Positions 1 through 9,214 of a stretch of DNA of 64,000 bases are shown here, one piece after another. The first letter of the stretch is position 1. The number at the start of each line of letters is the position of its first letter. The notes under the pieces are model-generated. The model saw only the letters and a program-made list of their open reading frames with translations, was not told the DNA's origin and searched no databases. Origin of the DNA: Candidatus Sericytochromatia bacterium (GTDB lineage Bacteria; Cyanobacteriota; Sericytochromatia; S15B-MN24; VGJW01); contig JAYKHS010000006.1 in the NCBI GenBank assembly GCA_035285865.1, positions 1 to 64,000 of the forward strand, read 5' to 3'. The translations under genes and the position numbers were made by a program.

Positions 1-169
1 AAAGTAGCACCTCCACGGGCCGGACGTCAAATGTGACCTCTCGCACCATGGGGATCGTCAAGCTGCCGTTATGTTGGAGCGGATGCAGCGGTCCTGTCCC
101 CCCGGTGTGGCCGAACGCCTCGCCGTCCGCTAGCATGCCTGCTGTCGTTCGTCAGGATTCTTTCGTCTC

Positions 170-1441
170 ATGTTCCTTGTCCCGCTCGTTCCCCCGCCTG
201 TCCCGCCCGCACTATCGGCTCGGGCTGCCGTGCTCATGGACGGTGACACGGGCGAAGTCCTCTCGGCTCTCAACGCCGATCTCGAGCTGCCGCAGGCCAG
301 CACCACCAAGCTGATGACAGCGCTTGTCGCTGCCGAGGCGGGCAACCTTGACCGTCTGGTCACCATCTCGACCGCCAGCGCTGAAGTCGAAGGCTCGTCC
401 ATGATCCTGCAGGCCGGTGAGCAGCGGACCATCCGTGAGCTGCTCGAGGGCCTGCTCCTCGTGTCGGGCAATGATGCCGCGCATGCCCTCGCCGAATCCG
501 TGGCCGGTTCCCCGGAGGCCTTCGTGGCCCTCATGAACGACAAGGCTCGGGACCTTGGCCTGCGGCACACGCACTACGCCAATCCCCATGGCCTGCCGGA
601 TCCGACACACCACAGTTCGGCCAGGGATCTGGCGCTCATCGCTCGTGCTGCTTTCGCCAATCCGGTCGTGGCCGGAATCGCCGCCACCAAGGTCATCGAC
701 CTTCCGGGCAACGGTCTCGTGCGCCATCGGCGCCTCGTCAACCACAACAAGCTGCTGGGCAAGTTCCCCGGTGCGTGGGGCGGCAAGACCGGCTACACCT
801 CGGTTGCCGGCCGCTGTTTCGTCGGGTCGGCCCGGCGCGACGGCCGCTATGTCATCGAGGCTATCCTCGACAGTCCGAGGCTCTGGGTCGATGCGGCCAA
901 CCTGCTGAACTTCGGCATCCGTCGTTTCCAGACTTTCCAACTCGGGCAGGTCGGCACTCCGATGGGCTCCGTCTCGATCGAGAACGGTGAGCTGGGGGAG
1001 GTGCCCATCGCCCTCGCGCGCCCCGCCGCGCTCGTTGCCCCGAGGGGTACACGCACGCCTCGCAGCTACACCGAACTATCCGAGGTCCAGGCTCCCATTC
1101 GGGCCGGTCAGACGCTCGGCCATCTCGTGGCCGTGCGCGACGGACGAGAGCTTGGTCGCTGGCCACTGGTCGCGACGCGCGATGTCGGTGAGGCGACCTC
1201 ATGGCTGGTTCGCATCCTGCAGGGTCTGGGCGTGGCCGTCGCGGGGGTGTTCGCCCTGATGTTGCCCCGGGCGATCGTCCGTGGCTACCGCCGCTGGCGT
1301 CGCAACGAGGACCGTCGCCGTGCCTTCCGGGAGCGGCGCGCTCGGGCCGCGGCCCTGACCCAGGTGCCGCTGCTGCAGCGCCCGGCTCCGACGCGCGCGC
1401 TCACGCAGCCGCTTGCAGGCCCGCGCACGACCTTCCTTTGA
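170..1441 (+). CDS. D-alanyl-D-alanine carboxypeptidase (peptidase S11, PBP5/DacF-like) with C-terminal TM helix
   Basis: SxxK (ASTTK), SGN and KTG motifs; HYANPHGL; PBP5 C-terminal beta domain; hydrophobic helix followed by an Arg-rich tail. Confidence 0.92.
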   Translation: MFLVPLVPPPVPPALSARAAVLMDGDTGEVLSALNADLELPQASTTKLMTALVAAEAGNLDRLVTISTASAEVEGSSMILQAGEQRTIRELLEGLLLVSGNDAAHALAESVAGSPEAFVALMNDKARDLGLRHTHYANPHGLPDPTHHSSARDLALIARAAFANPVVAGIAATKVIDLPGNGLVRHRRLVNHNKLLGKFPGAWGGKTGYTSVAGRCFVGSARRDGRYVIEAILDSPRLWVDAANLLNFGIRRFQTFQLGQVGTPMGSVSIENGELGEVPIALARPAALVAPRGTRTPRSYTELSEVQAPIRAGQTLGHLVAVRDGRELGRWPLVATRDVGEATSWLVRILQGLGVAVAGVFALMLPRAIVRGYRRWRRNEDRRRAFRERRARAAALTQVPLLQRPAPTRALTQPLAGPRTTFL

Positions 1442-1482
1442 TGGCCGGGGCATCCTGGTCGTCGCGGTGCTAGGATAGGCCC

Positions 1483-2427
1483 ATGCTCGAGCACTTCTCG
1501 GCCGGTGCCATCGCCGCCATTCGCCAGGCGCAGGAAGAGGCTCGCCGGGCCGAGTTCAGCCGGATGAACGCCGCCCACGTCGTCATGGGCCTTGCTTCCG
1601 ATCCTGCCGGCCTTGCAGGGCAGGCCCTTGCTGGCGCGGGCTTCGATGTCCGTCGCGCGCGTCTCGCGGCCGGTCGTATCTGGGGGCGTGGCTACGAGAG
1701 CGCCCAGCAGATCATCCCGGCCGATGAGGCCCGGGAAGTGTTCGAGGGAGCCGTGGCCATCGCCAGCCAGACCAGTCCCCTGCTGGTCGATACCCAGGAC
1801 TTGCTGCGGGCCGTTCTGGCCCAGACCGAGGGCCGTGGCCACGAGTTGCTTCGGGCCATGGGCATCGACACGGCGGCCTTGCTGGACCGCTTGATGGCTG
1901 CCCGGGAGGCGGAGCTTGCCGGAAGTGCCGTACCCCGGGCCAGCGCCGAGGCCCTTCCGCGGCATTACCATCCCCGCCTGCTGGCTCCGCTGGCGCGCAA
2001 GGCCTTGGATCGCGCCGAGGCGGAAACCCGCGCTGCCGGCCACCACATCATCGGTACGGAGCAACTGCTTCTGGGCCTGCTGGAGACGGCCGGGGGGACG
2101 GCTGCAGCTGTTCTCGCGCATCACGGGCTCCACGTCGACGACGTGCGCGGCATCGTCCACCGCGTCATCGGCACCGGCTCGGGTACCGTCCGTCCGCCGG
2201 TCCAGTCGCGCTACCTGGGCGAGGCCTGCGAGCGGGCGTGGCAGGCCGCGCTGGCTCGCCATCACGCGCAGGTCGGCACGGGGCACCTTTTGCTGGGCAT
2301 GCTGGATCTCGACACGGGTGGCGCCTTGCACATGCTCGACATGCTCAAGGCCCCGCTTTCGGCCCTCCAGTACGACCTCGAGCAGGCCTTCGAGGCCGAC
2401 CCCCGGGCGGTGGAGCCCGTCTGGTAA
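1483..2427 (+). CDS. Clp protease N-terminal (ClpN) repeat-only protein, no ATPase domain
   Basis: MLEHFSAGAIAAIRQAQEEARR, HHIIGTEQLLLGLL and VGTGHLLLGML repeats; no Walker A/B. Confidence 0.85.
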   Translation: MLEHFSAGAIAAIRQAQEEARRAEFSRMNAAHVVMGLASDPAGLAGQALAGAGFDVRRARLAAGRIWGRGYESAQQIIPADEAREVFEGAVAIASQTSPLLVDTQDLLRAVLAQTEGRGHELLRAMGIDTAALLDRLMAAREAELAGSAVPRASAEALPRHYHPRLLAPLARKALDRAEAETRAAGHHIIGTEQLLLGLLETAGGTAAAVLAHHGLHVDDVRGIVHRVIGTGSGTVRPPVQSRYLGEACERAWQAALARHHAQVGTGHLLLGMLDLDTGGALHMLDMLKAPLSALQYDLEQAFEADPRAVEPVW

Positions 2428-2493
2428 GATGCCTTGAAGACGCCCTGCTGGCGTGTCGACGACGCACCCCCTTCTCACCCGAGGACCTGACCC

Positions 2494-3498
2494 GTGCCCC
2501 GTTCGCTGCCCCGCCTGCTCGCCGCCGCGCTGGCCTGCGCCATCGGCCTTGCCGCTTGCAAGGGTGAGGCGGACAGCACCGGCACCCTGCGCGTCGGGCT
2601 TGTCACCGATGTCGGTGGCTTGAACGACCAGGGCTTCAACTCGCTGGCCAACAAGGGCCTAAAACAGGCCAAGAAGGATTTCGGCGTCAAGACCTCGGTC
2701 ATCGAGTCCCAGAAGGCCAGCGACTACGAGAAGAATCTCGCCCAGTTCGCAGGCGAGAAATATGACCTCGTCATCAGCGTGGGCTTCATGATGGGCGACG
2801 CCACCCGCAAAGTAGCCGAGCGCTTCCCCGATGCTCGCTTCGCCATTGTCGACTTCCGCTACGACAAGGTGCTGCCGAATGTCGCAGGTTACACCTTCGC
2901 CGAGGAGCAGGCCGGCTTCCTTGCGGGCGCGCTGGCGGCCCTCACCACGAAGACCGGCAAGGTCGGCTTCGTCGGTGGCATGGACGTGCCCGTCATCCAC
3001 CGTTTCAAGGTCGGCTACGAGGCCGGCGTCAAGGCTGCGGCCCCGCAGGTGAAGATCCTTTCAGGCTACACCGGCAACTTCACCGACTCGGCCAAGGGTG
3101 CCGAGGTCGCGACGTCGCAGTATCAGAACGGCGCGGACATCGTTTTCCAGGCGGCCGGCGCCAGCGGCATCGGGGTCATCGATGCCGCAAAGCAGCAGAA
3201 GAAGCTGGCCATCGGTGTGGATGCCGACCAGAGTGGCATCGCGCCCGACTACGTCCTTTCCAGCGCCCTCAAGAAGGTCGATCTCGCCGTGGTCAAGGCC
3301 GTGGCTTCGGTCAAGGACAAGACCTTCAAGGGTGGCAATACCAAGCTGACGCTGGCGGACGATGCCGTCGGCCTCGCCCCCTTCGGCAAGCTCGAGTCCC
3401 AGGTCGGTACCGAGACGGCCGGCAAGATCGACGCGCTGCGCGCAAAATTGGCGGACGGCACGATCAAGGTCGAGCTGGCCAAGGCCGACCAGAACTGA
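2494..3498 (+). CDS. BMP-family ABC transporter substrate-binding lipoprotein (probably nucleoside)
   Basis: Lipobox LAAC; DVGGLNDQGFN, FAEEQAGFLAG, AIGVDADQ, SALKKVD. Confidence 0.93.
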   Translation: MPRSLPRLLAAALACAIGLAACKGEADSTGTLRVGLVTDVGGLNDQGFNSLANKGLKQAKKDFGVKTSVIESQKASDYEKNLAQFAGEKYDLVISVGFMMGDATRKVAERFPDARFAIVDFRYDKVLPNVAGYTFAEEQAGFLAGALAALTTKTGKVGFVGGMDVPVIHRFKVGYEAGVKAAAPQVKILSGYTGNFTDSAKGAEVATSQYQNGADIVFQAAGASGIGVIDAAKQQKKLAIGVDADQSGIAPDYVLSSALKKVDLAVVKAVASVKDKTFKGGNTKLTLADDAVGLAPFGKLESQVGTETAGKIDALRAKLADGTIKVELAKADQN

Positions 3499-3509
3499 GG
3501 TCCGAACCG

Positions 3510-5060
3510 ATGGTCCCGGCCGTCGCCCTCGAGGGCATCACCAAGATCTATCCGGGCGTCATCGCGAATCAGGACGTGGACTGGACGCTCGAGTGGGGCC
3601 AGATACACGCCTTGCTCGGCGAGAACGGTGCCGGCAAATCCACGCTCATGAACATCCTTTACGGGATGACGACGCCCGATGCGGGACGTATCCTGCTCGA
3701 GGGGCGCGAAGTCCGCATCAGCAGCCCCAGCGAGGCCATCCGCCTCGGTATCGGCATGGTGCATCAGCACTTCCAGCTGGTCGGAACGCTTACCGTCGCC
3801 CAGAACATCCTGATGGGCATGGAGCCTCGTCGCTGGGGGCTGGTGGATACGGCTGCAGCGCATGAGCGCGTCCGGGCCCTCGCCGATCGTGTCGGCCTGC
3901 CGATCGATCCTGCCGCTCTGGTCGAGGACTTGCCCGTCGGCATGCAGCAACGGGTCGAGATCCTGAAGGTCCTCGCCCGGGATGCGCGCATTCTGATCTT
4001 CGACGAGCCCACGGCCGTCCTCACTCCACAGGAAATTGCCCTGCTGGGCCAGGTGATGCAGCGCCTCGCCTCCGAGGGCAAGGCCCTCGTCTTCATCACC
4101 CACAAGATGCGCGAGGTCCAGGCCGTGGCCACCCACGTGACGGTCATGCGGGCCGGACGCAAGGTGGGAATAGCCGATCCCCGCAAGGCCACGGCTGCCG
4201 AGCTGGCGGCACTCGTCGTCGGTCGGCCGCTCAAGCCGCCTCCGGATTCACCCGCCGCGGAGGGCGGAGCGACGCTGCTCAAGGTCGACGAGGTTTCGTG
4301 CCGCAGTGCCAGGGGCTTGGAAGCCCTCCGCAAGGTGTCGCTCGAGGTGCGCGCCGGCGAAATCGTTGGCCTCATTGGCGTCGAGGGCAATGGCCAGAGC
4401 GAACTCGTCGAGGTTTTGGCCGGGCTCAGGCCCGTGACCGAAGGCAAGGTCTCCTTGGCCCCGCGCGCCGGTGGAGCGCCCGTCGATCTCACGCGGGCCA
4501 CGCCGCGCGCCCGTCGCGAGGCCGGTATCGGCCACGTGGCGGAGGATCGCTTGCGCCGGGCGGTCCTCAAGCCGTGGTCCATCGCCGACAATCTGGTCTT
4601 CGATCGCTTCCACCTGACTCCGTATGCTCGTGGCGGTCGGTTGGATCATGCCGCCATTCGCGAGCGGGGTCGCAACCTGCTCGCGCGCTATCGCATCAAG
4701 GCACCTGATGCCCAGACGCCCGTAGGCACGCTGTCCGGCGGCAATCAGCAGAAGGTCGTGATGGCCCGCGAGCTGGACGAGCGCTACCACGTCCTGCTGA
4801 TCGCCCAGCCGACCCGCGGCGTCGATGCCGGGGCCGCGGAGTCCATCCATGACGAGATGCGTGCCCTGCGCGACCGGGGGGCGGGCGTCCTGCTGGTCAC
4901 CAACGAGCTCGACGAGCTGCTGGCCCTGTCGGATCGCATCGGCGTCGTCTACCACGGCGAGATCGTGGCTTGGCGGGCTCGAGGAACAGTCACGCGTGAG
5001 GAGCTGGGCCGTCTGATGATTGGGGGCCGCATGACCGGCGACCTGGGGACACCGGCATGA
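3510..5060 (+). CDS. Sugar/nucleoside ABC transporter ATP-binding protein (two ABC domains)
   Basis: GENGAGKST, ILIFDEPT, LSGGNQQK, AQPTRGVD. Confidence 0.95.
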   Translation: MVPAVALEGITKIYPGVIANQDVDWTLEWGQIHALLGENGAGKSTLMNILYGMTTPDAGRILLEGREVRISSPSEAIRLGIGMVHQHFQLVGTLTVAQNILMGMEPRRWGLVDTAAAHERVRALADRVGLPIDPAALVEDLPVGMQQRVEILKVLARDARILIFDEPTAVLTPQEIALLGQVMQRLASEGKALVFITHKMREVQAVATHVTVMRAGRKVGIADPRKATAAELAALVVGRPLKPPPDSPAAEGGATLLKVDEVSCRSARGLEALRKVSLEVRAGEIVGLIGVEGNGQSELVEVLAGLRPVTEGKVSLAPRAGGAPVDLTRATPRARREAGIGHVAEDRLRRAVLKPWSIADNLVFDRFHLTPYARGGRLDHAAIRERGRNLLARYRIKAPDAQTPVGTLSGGNQQKVVMARELDERYHVLLIAQPTRGVDAGAAESIHDEMRALRDRGAGVLLVTNELDELLALSDRIGVVYHGEIVAWRARGTVTREELGRLMIGGRMTGDLGTPA

Positions 5061-6172
5061 ATGCCTTCCGCAACCTCGGCTGGTCCCTGCTGGCCGTGTT
5101 CGCCGCGCTTCTGACGGGTGGCGTGGTGCTGGCCCTGTCCGGCTACGACGTGGCCGATGCGCTGGGAGCACTGCTCAAGGGCGCGCTGGGCACGCCCAAC
5201 GCCGTGGCCGAAACGCTCGTGAACATGACACCGCTCCTGCTGGCGGCACTTGCGGTGGCCGTCGGTCTTCGTGCCGGTCTCTTCAATATCGGCGTCGAGG
5301 GTCAGTTCCTGATGGGGGGGCTCGGTGCTGTCGTCGCCGGCTATGCGCTGCCATCCCTTCCGGGCGGCCTGCATCTGCTGCTGGTGCTCGTGGCCGGCAT
5401 GGCGTCCGGTGCCGCTTGGGCTGCCGTGCCGGCGTGGATGAAGGCGCGTTTCGGGGCGCACGAGGTCATCACGACCATCATGTTCAACTACATTGCCTTC
5501 CGCCTGGTGGGTTGGCTGGTCCGCGTGCCGCTGCACGGACCCGGCTCAATTCCCCAGACCCGGTACATCGCAGAAGGCGCGCACTTGCCTGTGCTGCTGG
5601 CCGATACTCGGCTGCATGCCGGCTTCCTGCTGGCCCTCGCGGTTGCCGGCGGCCTCTGGTGGCTCCTGTGGCACACGCCGTGGGGCATGGCCATCCGGTC
5701 CGTGGGCCTGAATGCCGAGGCTTCCGAATATGCCGGCATTCGTGTCGTGCGGACGATGGTCGGGTCGCTGGCTCTGTCGGGTGGACTGGCTGGCCTCGCG
5801 GGCGCCGTGCAACTCGCCGGTGTCGATCATCGCCTCGTCGAGGAGGGGTTCTCGGCGGGTTACGGCTATGACAGCATCGCCGTATCGCTCCTCGGAGGCA
5901 ATCATCCTTTTGCCATCGTGCCTGCCGCCCTGCTCTTCGCGGCGCTGCGCAGCGGCGCCAGCCTGATGCAGATCGAGGCCGACGTCTCGAGTCAGATCAT
6001 CAGCGTCTTGCAGGCACTGGTCATCCTCTTCGTGGCGGCCGAGGCCGGTCTGCGCCGGGATCGCGAGCTCAAGGCAGCACGCAAGGCCACGGCTGCTACT
6101 CCTCCCCCCCCACCGCATGACCCCGGCTTGCCCGCTGCCGCCTCGGCCAGCGGCCAGGGCCAGGAGGCCTGA
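5057..6172 (+). CDS. Nucleoside ABC transporter permease
   Basis: GLFNIGVEGQF, HEVITTIMFNY, multiple TM helices; ATGA overlap with the ATPase gene. Confidence 0.92.
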   Translation: MNAFRNLGWSLLAVFAALLTGGVVLALSGYDVADALGALLKGALGTPNAVAETLVNMTPLLLAALAVAVGLRAGLFNIGVEGQFLMGGLGAVVAGYALPSLPGGLHLLLVLVAGMASGAAWAAVPAWMKARFGAHEVITTIMFNYIAFRLVGWLVRVPLHGPGSIPQTRYIAEGAHLPVLLADTRLHAGFLLALAVAGGLWWLLWHTPWGMAIRSVGLNAEASEYAGIRVVRTMVGSLALSGGLAGLAGAVQLAGVDHRLVEEGFSAGYGYDSIAVSLLGGNHPFAIVPAALLFAALRSGASLMQIEADVSSQIISVLQALVILFVAAEAGLRRDRELKAARKATAATPPPPPHDPGLPAAASASGQGQEA

Positions 6173-7113
6173 TGGAACCGGCGATCCTGATCGGCCTGTT
6201 GGCCGCCATGTTGCGTCTGGCGACCCCGCTGCTCCTGGGCAGCCTTTCGGGTATCTGGGCCGAGCGCTCCGGAGTCGTGAACATCGCCATCGAAGGCATG
6301 ATGCTCACGGGTGCTTTTGCGGGCTATGTCGTCGCGGAGCGCCTGCTTGAGGCTGAAGTTTTCGACGCTTCGGGCATCGGCCACCTCTGGGTCGGCGTGC
6401 TGGCCGCAGTGCTCGTGGGGGCCTTGCTTGGCCTCGTGCACGCCTTCTGGACCCAGCGCTTCCGGACGGACCAGATCGTGAGTGGCACGGCGCTCAACAT
6501 TCTCGCCGTCGGCGTCACGGCCTACGCCCTGCGGCTTGTCTATGACGTCGGGGGCAGCACCAAGCTGCCCGAGACCCTGCCTGCCATCCTGACGTGGTCG
6601 ATCGAAGGCAAGGACGGCCCCGTCGGGGTTGCCTTCACTCCGCTGATGGTGTTTTCCATCGTGCTCTGCCTCGTGACGCACCTCGTCCTGTTCCGGACCC
6701 CGTGGGGGCTTCGGACCCAAGCATCGGGGGAACATCCCCTCACCCTGACGTCGCTGGGCCTGTCGGTGCTCAGGACCCGCTACCTGAACATGGCCATCTC
6801 GGGCGGGCTTGCAGGCCTTGCCGGCGCCTTCCTCACGCTCGAGGGCATCGGTCAGTTCAACGAAGGCATGACCAGCGGCAAGGGGTTCATCGCGCTCGCC
6901 GTCATGATCTTCGGTCGTTGGAGGCCTCTGCCTTCTCTGGCTGCGGCCTGTCTCTTCGGTCTTGCCGACGCCACGCAGATCCTCCTGCAGACCTTGGGTG
7001 TCGAGGTGCCCGCCGAATGGCTCCAGATGCTGCCCTATGTGCTCACGTTGGTGGCTCTGATGGGTCTGATGGGGCGCTCGCGGCCACCTGCCGCACTGGG
7101 ACAGGTTTCCTAG
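6172..7113 (+). CDS. Nucleoside ABC transporter permease
   Basis: ERSGVVNIAIEG, GKGFIALA, QMLPYVLT. Confidence 0.92.
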   Translation: MEPAILIGLLAAMLRLATPLLLGSLSGIWAERSGVVNIAIEGMMLTGAFAGYVVAERLLEAEVFDASGIGHLWVGVLAAVLVGALLGLVHAFWTQRFRTDQIVSGTALNILAVGVTAYALRLVYDVGGSTKLPETLPAILTWSIEGKDGPVGVAFTPLMVFSIVLCLVTHLVLFRTPWGLRTQASGEHPLTLTSLGLSVLRTRYLNMAISGGLAGLAGAFLTLEGIGQFNEGMTSGKGFIALAVMIFGRWRPLPSLAAACLFGLADATQILLQTLGVEVPAEWLQMLPYVLTLVALMGLMGRSRPPAALGQVS

Positions 7114-8396
7114 GTCGCCTCTGCCTCGGCCAGCTCTTCCAGCAGGCTCAGCTTCACTTCTTCCTCGGGATCCAGCAGGACATCCGTGGGGCGGACGAGC
7201 GGCACGGCCGTGATCTCGTGCAGTGGACGATCCCGTTCGTAGTTGAGGTGGGCGTTCCGGTTGCGTACCAGATACAGCGGCAGCTGATTCTCGCGCTGTC
7301 CCTCCAGATAGTGGTCGCGCCCCATGCGGAAGTTGGCCACGCAGCCCCAGTACGGCTGCTTCGGACGTGCCGTTCGGATGCAGGCGTCGTAGAAGGATAT
7401 CGAGACGTGCTTTGTCATCGGGCTGGCGGACATGACGCTCGAGATGGTCTGTGCCGCATGGCTGTATAGCGCCTCGATGGCGGGTCCTGTGGCGAGGCGC
7501 AGCGTGTGTCCGCCGCCGGCGAGCTTCTCGCCCATCAGGGCAGGGGATTCGGAGGGTGCGGTCGGCACCTCTGCCCCCTGCCTCGTGTCAGCCGACCGCT
7601 CGTCCTCCACGGGCTCCGGCACGTTGACCACATCGTCGTCCACCTCGGGAATCGGCGCGAGAGCGTCTGTTTCACTCTCGGATGCCTGGGGGGCAGGTGG
7701 GGGGGGCTGACCCTGACCAGCCGGCAGATTGAAACCGAGGCCGGCCGGTGACAGCAGCAGCCGTGCGTCGGGCAGCAGCATGTGTGCCACGACCCAGCCC
7801 TTGCCGACGGCCAGCGCCAGATTGAGCTCGGGGCCGAGTGTCTGCTCGGCCAAGAGCTCGCGGATGGCGACCAGCTCCCCTTCCTGTGCGCGGTGCTCCA
7901 GGTTCTGTTGCCGCAGGCGTGTCGCGCGCTCCGCGGCTCGGAGCTCCTTCAGGTGCTTGGTATAGGTCTGGGCCGTGGAACCCGTGGACAGTGTCACGAA
8001 CGACAGGACGCCAAACGCCAGTGCCGAGAGGGCGGCCAAGGAGAGCAGGCCGGTCAGCGCCGAGAGGGCAGCCGATGTCAGGACCATCAGCAGGAGCAGG
8101 GCACGAAGGCCGGCGGTCGTGGACATGATGCGCTTGGCTCGGACCTGCACGATGGTGCTGGCAAGTCCGGCCGGCTTGCCCCCGAAAGCCTTCAAGTTCA
8201 TGCCGGAGGCCACGGCGTTTCTTGCGGCCACCACGAGGCGCAGCGTAGACCGTTCCAGCCCTGCCGAGCGGATGCGAATGATGGCGTCGTGATTCAGGAC
8301 CGTGCCCGCCGGGACAAGGACCGTGCCGGTATCCGGAGCGAGCAGATCGTTCGTCAGGACATCACCGGGGATGAGGTAGGGGTGCGTGCTGGCCAG
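7110..8396 (-). CDS. Hypothetical membrane protein (N-terminal LxPGxVL...GTVL motif, 2 TM, coiled coil, C-terminal alpha/beta domain); start codon uncertain
   Basis: Long ORF directly downstream of fliT; candidate starts are CTG 8396 (GAGG 8 nt upstream), TTG 8447 and ATG 8504. Confidence 0.7.
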   Translation of the reverse strand: MASTHPYLIPGDVLTNDLLAPDTGTVLVPAGTVLNHDAIIRIRSAGLERSTLRLVVAARNAVASGMNLKAFGGKPAGLASTIVQVRAKRIMSTTAGLRALLLLMVLTSAALSALTGLLSLAALSALAFGVLSFVTLSTGSTAQTYTKHLKELRAAERATRLRQQNLEHRAQEGELVAIRELLAEQTLGPELNLALAVGKGWVVAHMLLPDARLLLSPAGLGFNLPAGQGQPPPPAPQASESETDALAPIPEVDDDVVNVPEPVEDERSADTRQGAEVPTAPSESPALMGEKLAGGGHTLRLATGPAIEALYSHAAQTISSVMSASPMTKHVSISFYDACIRTARPKQPYWGCVANFRMGRDHYLEGQRENQLPLYLVRNRNAHLNYERDRPLHEITAVPLVRPTDVLLDPEEEVKLSLLEELAEAEAT

Positions 8397-8406
8397 GGGC
8401 TTCGCC

Positions 8407-8796
8407 TCAATGCTGCACGTCGAGGCCCGGAGCCTCGTCGTCCTCAAGGATCGGCACTGACGCAACTCCGTACCCCTGCAACGCGCCCGAGGTGCGGCTT
8501 GCATGCATGCCTTCGGCGCGGTTTCGCTGCATGGCTACCCGGATGCCGTGGCCCTCCCGCAGAAGCTGTGCGTTTATGGCCTGCAACAGACGCAGGGCCT
8601 CGCCACGATCTTCATGAGCGAGGGTGCCCAAGCTTGCTTGGCAGGACGCGGCAATTCGGTCGCGTTGCTCCTGGAGGGCAATCACGCCGTCCCAGTCCCC
8701 TTCCGCGATCCGTTGCACGAGGGCTTCTCCCAACTCGAGCGCACGACGGTACAGCGCGACAGGCGATTCCGGCGTGTCCGACACCTCACTGGTCAT
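8407..8796 (-). CDS. fliT: Flagellar chaperone FliT-like protein
   Basis: Helical protein with GDWDGVIALQEQRDRI motif; ATGA-coupled to fliS; canonical fliD-fliS-fliT position. Confidence 0.7.
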   Translation of the reverse strand: MTSEVSDTPESPVALYRRALELGEALVQRIAEGDWDGVIALQEQRDRIAASCQASLGTLAHEDRGEALRLLQAINAQLLREGHGIRVAMQRNRAEGMHASRTSGALQGYGVASVPILEDDEAPGLDVQH

Positions 8797-9203
8797 GCCG
8801 TGGCCGTGCGGGACCGCTGGCTGGCAACGTTTCTGGCAGCTTGCCCCCAAGCCTCGCGAAGATCCTTGAGATGGCCGATGACGATGTCCATCTGGCCCGT
8901 GTCTTTGCGGATGTTGGCCTGAACGGTGGTGTGGTGGATGAACTCGTACAGATCGAACAGGTTCTTGGCGATGTCGCCCCCCACGTCGAAGCGCAGGCAG
9001 GCCATCAGCTCCGTCAGGATGTTCTGGACCCGGACGCAGTTCTTATGGGCCTCCTCGTGCCGCTTGTCCGCCATCGCCTGTCGCGCCTGGCCCGAGAATC
9101 GGATGGCGGCGTCGAAGAGCATAAGCAGGATGCGCTCCGGCGGTGAGGTCTCGAGTTGAGCCGCCTGGTACTGGGCGAAGGGATTGCCTGCCATCGGGTT
9201 CAT
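8793..9203 (-). CDS. fliS: Flagellar export chaperone FliS
   Basis: YQAAQLETSPPERILLMLFDAAIRF, GGDIAKNLFDLYEF, LREAW. Confidence 0.95.
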   Translation of the reverse strand: MNPMAGNPFAQYQAAQLETSPPERILLMLFDAAIRFSGQARQAMADKRHEEAHKNCVRVQNILTELMACLRFDVGGDIAKNLFDLYEFIHHTTVQANIRKDTGQMDIVIGHLKDLREAWGQAARNVASQRSRTATA

Positions 9204-9214
9204 ATCGGGCCTCC

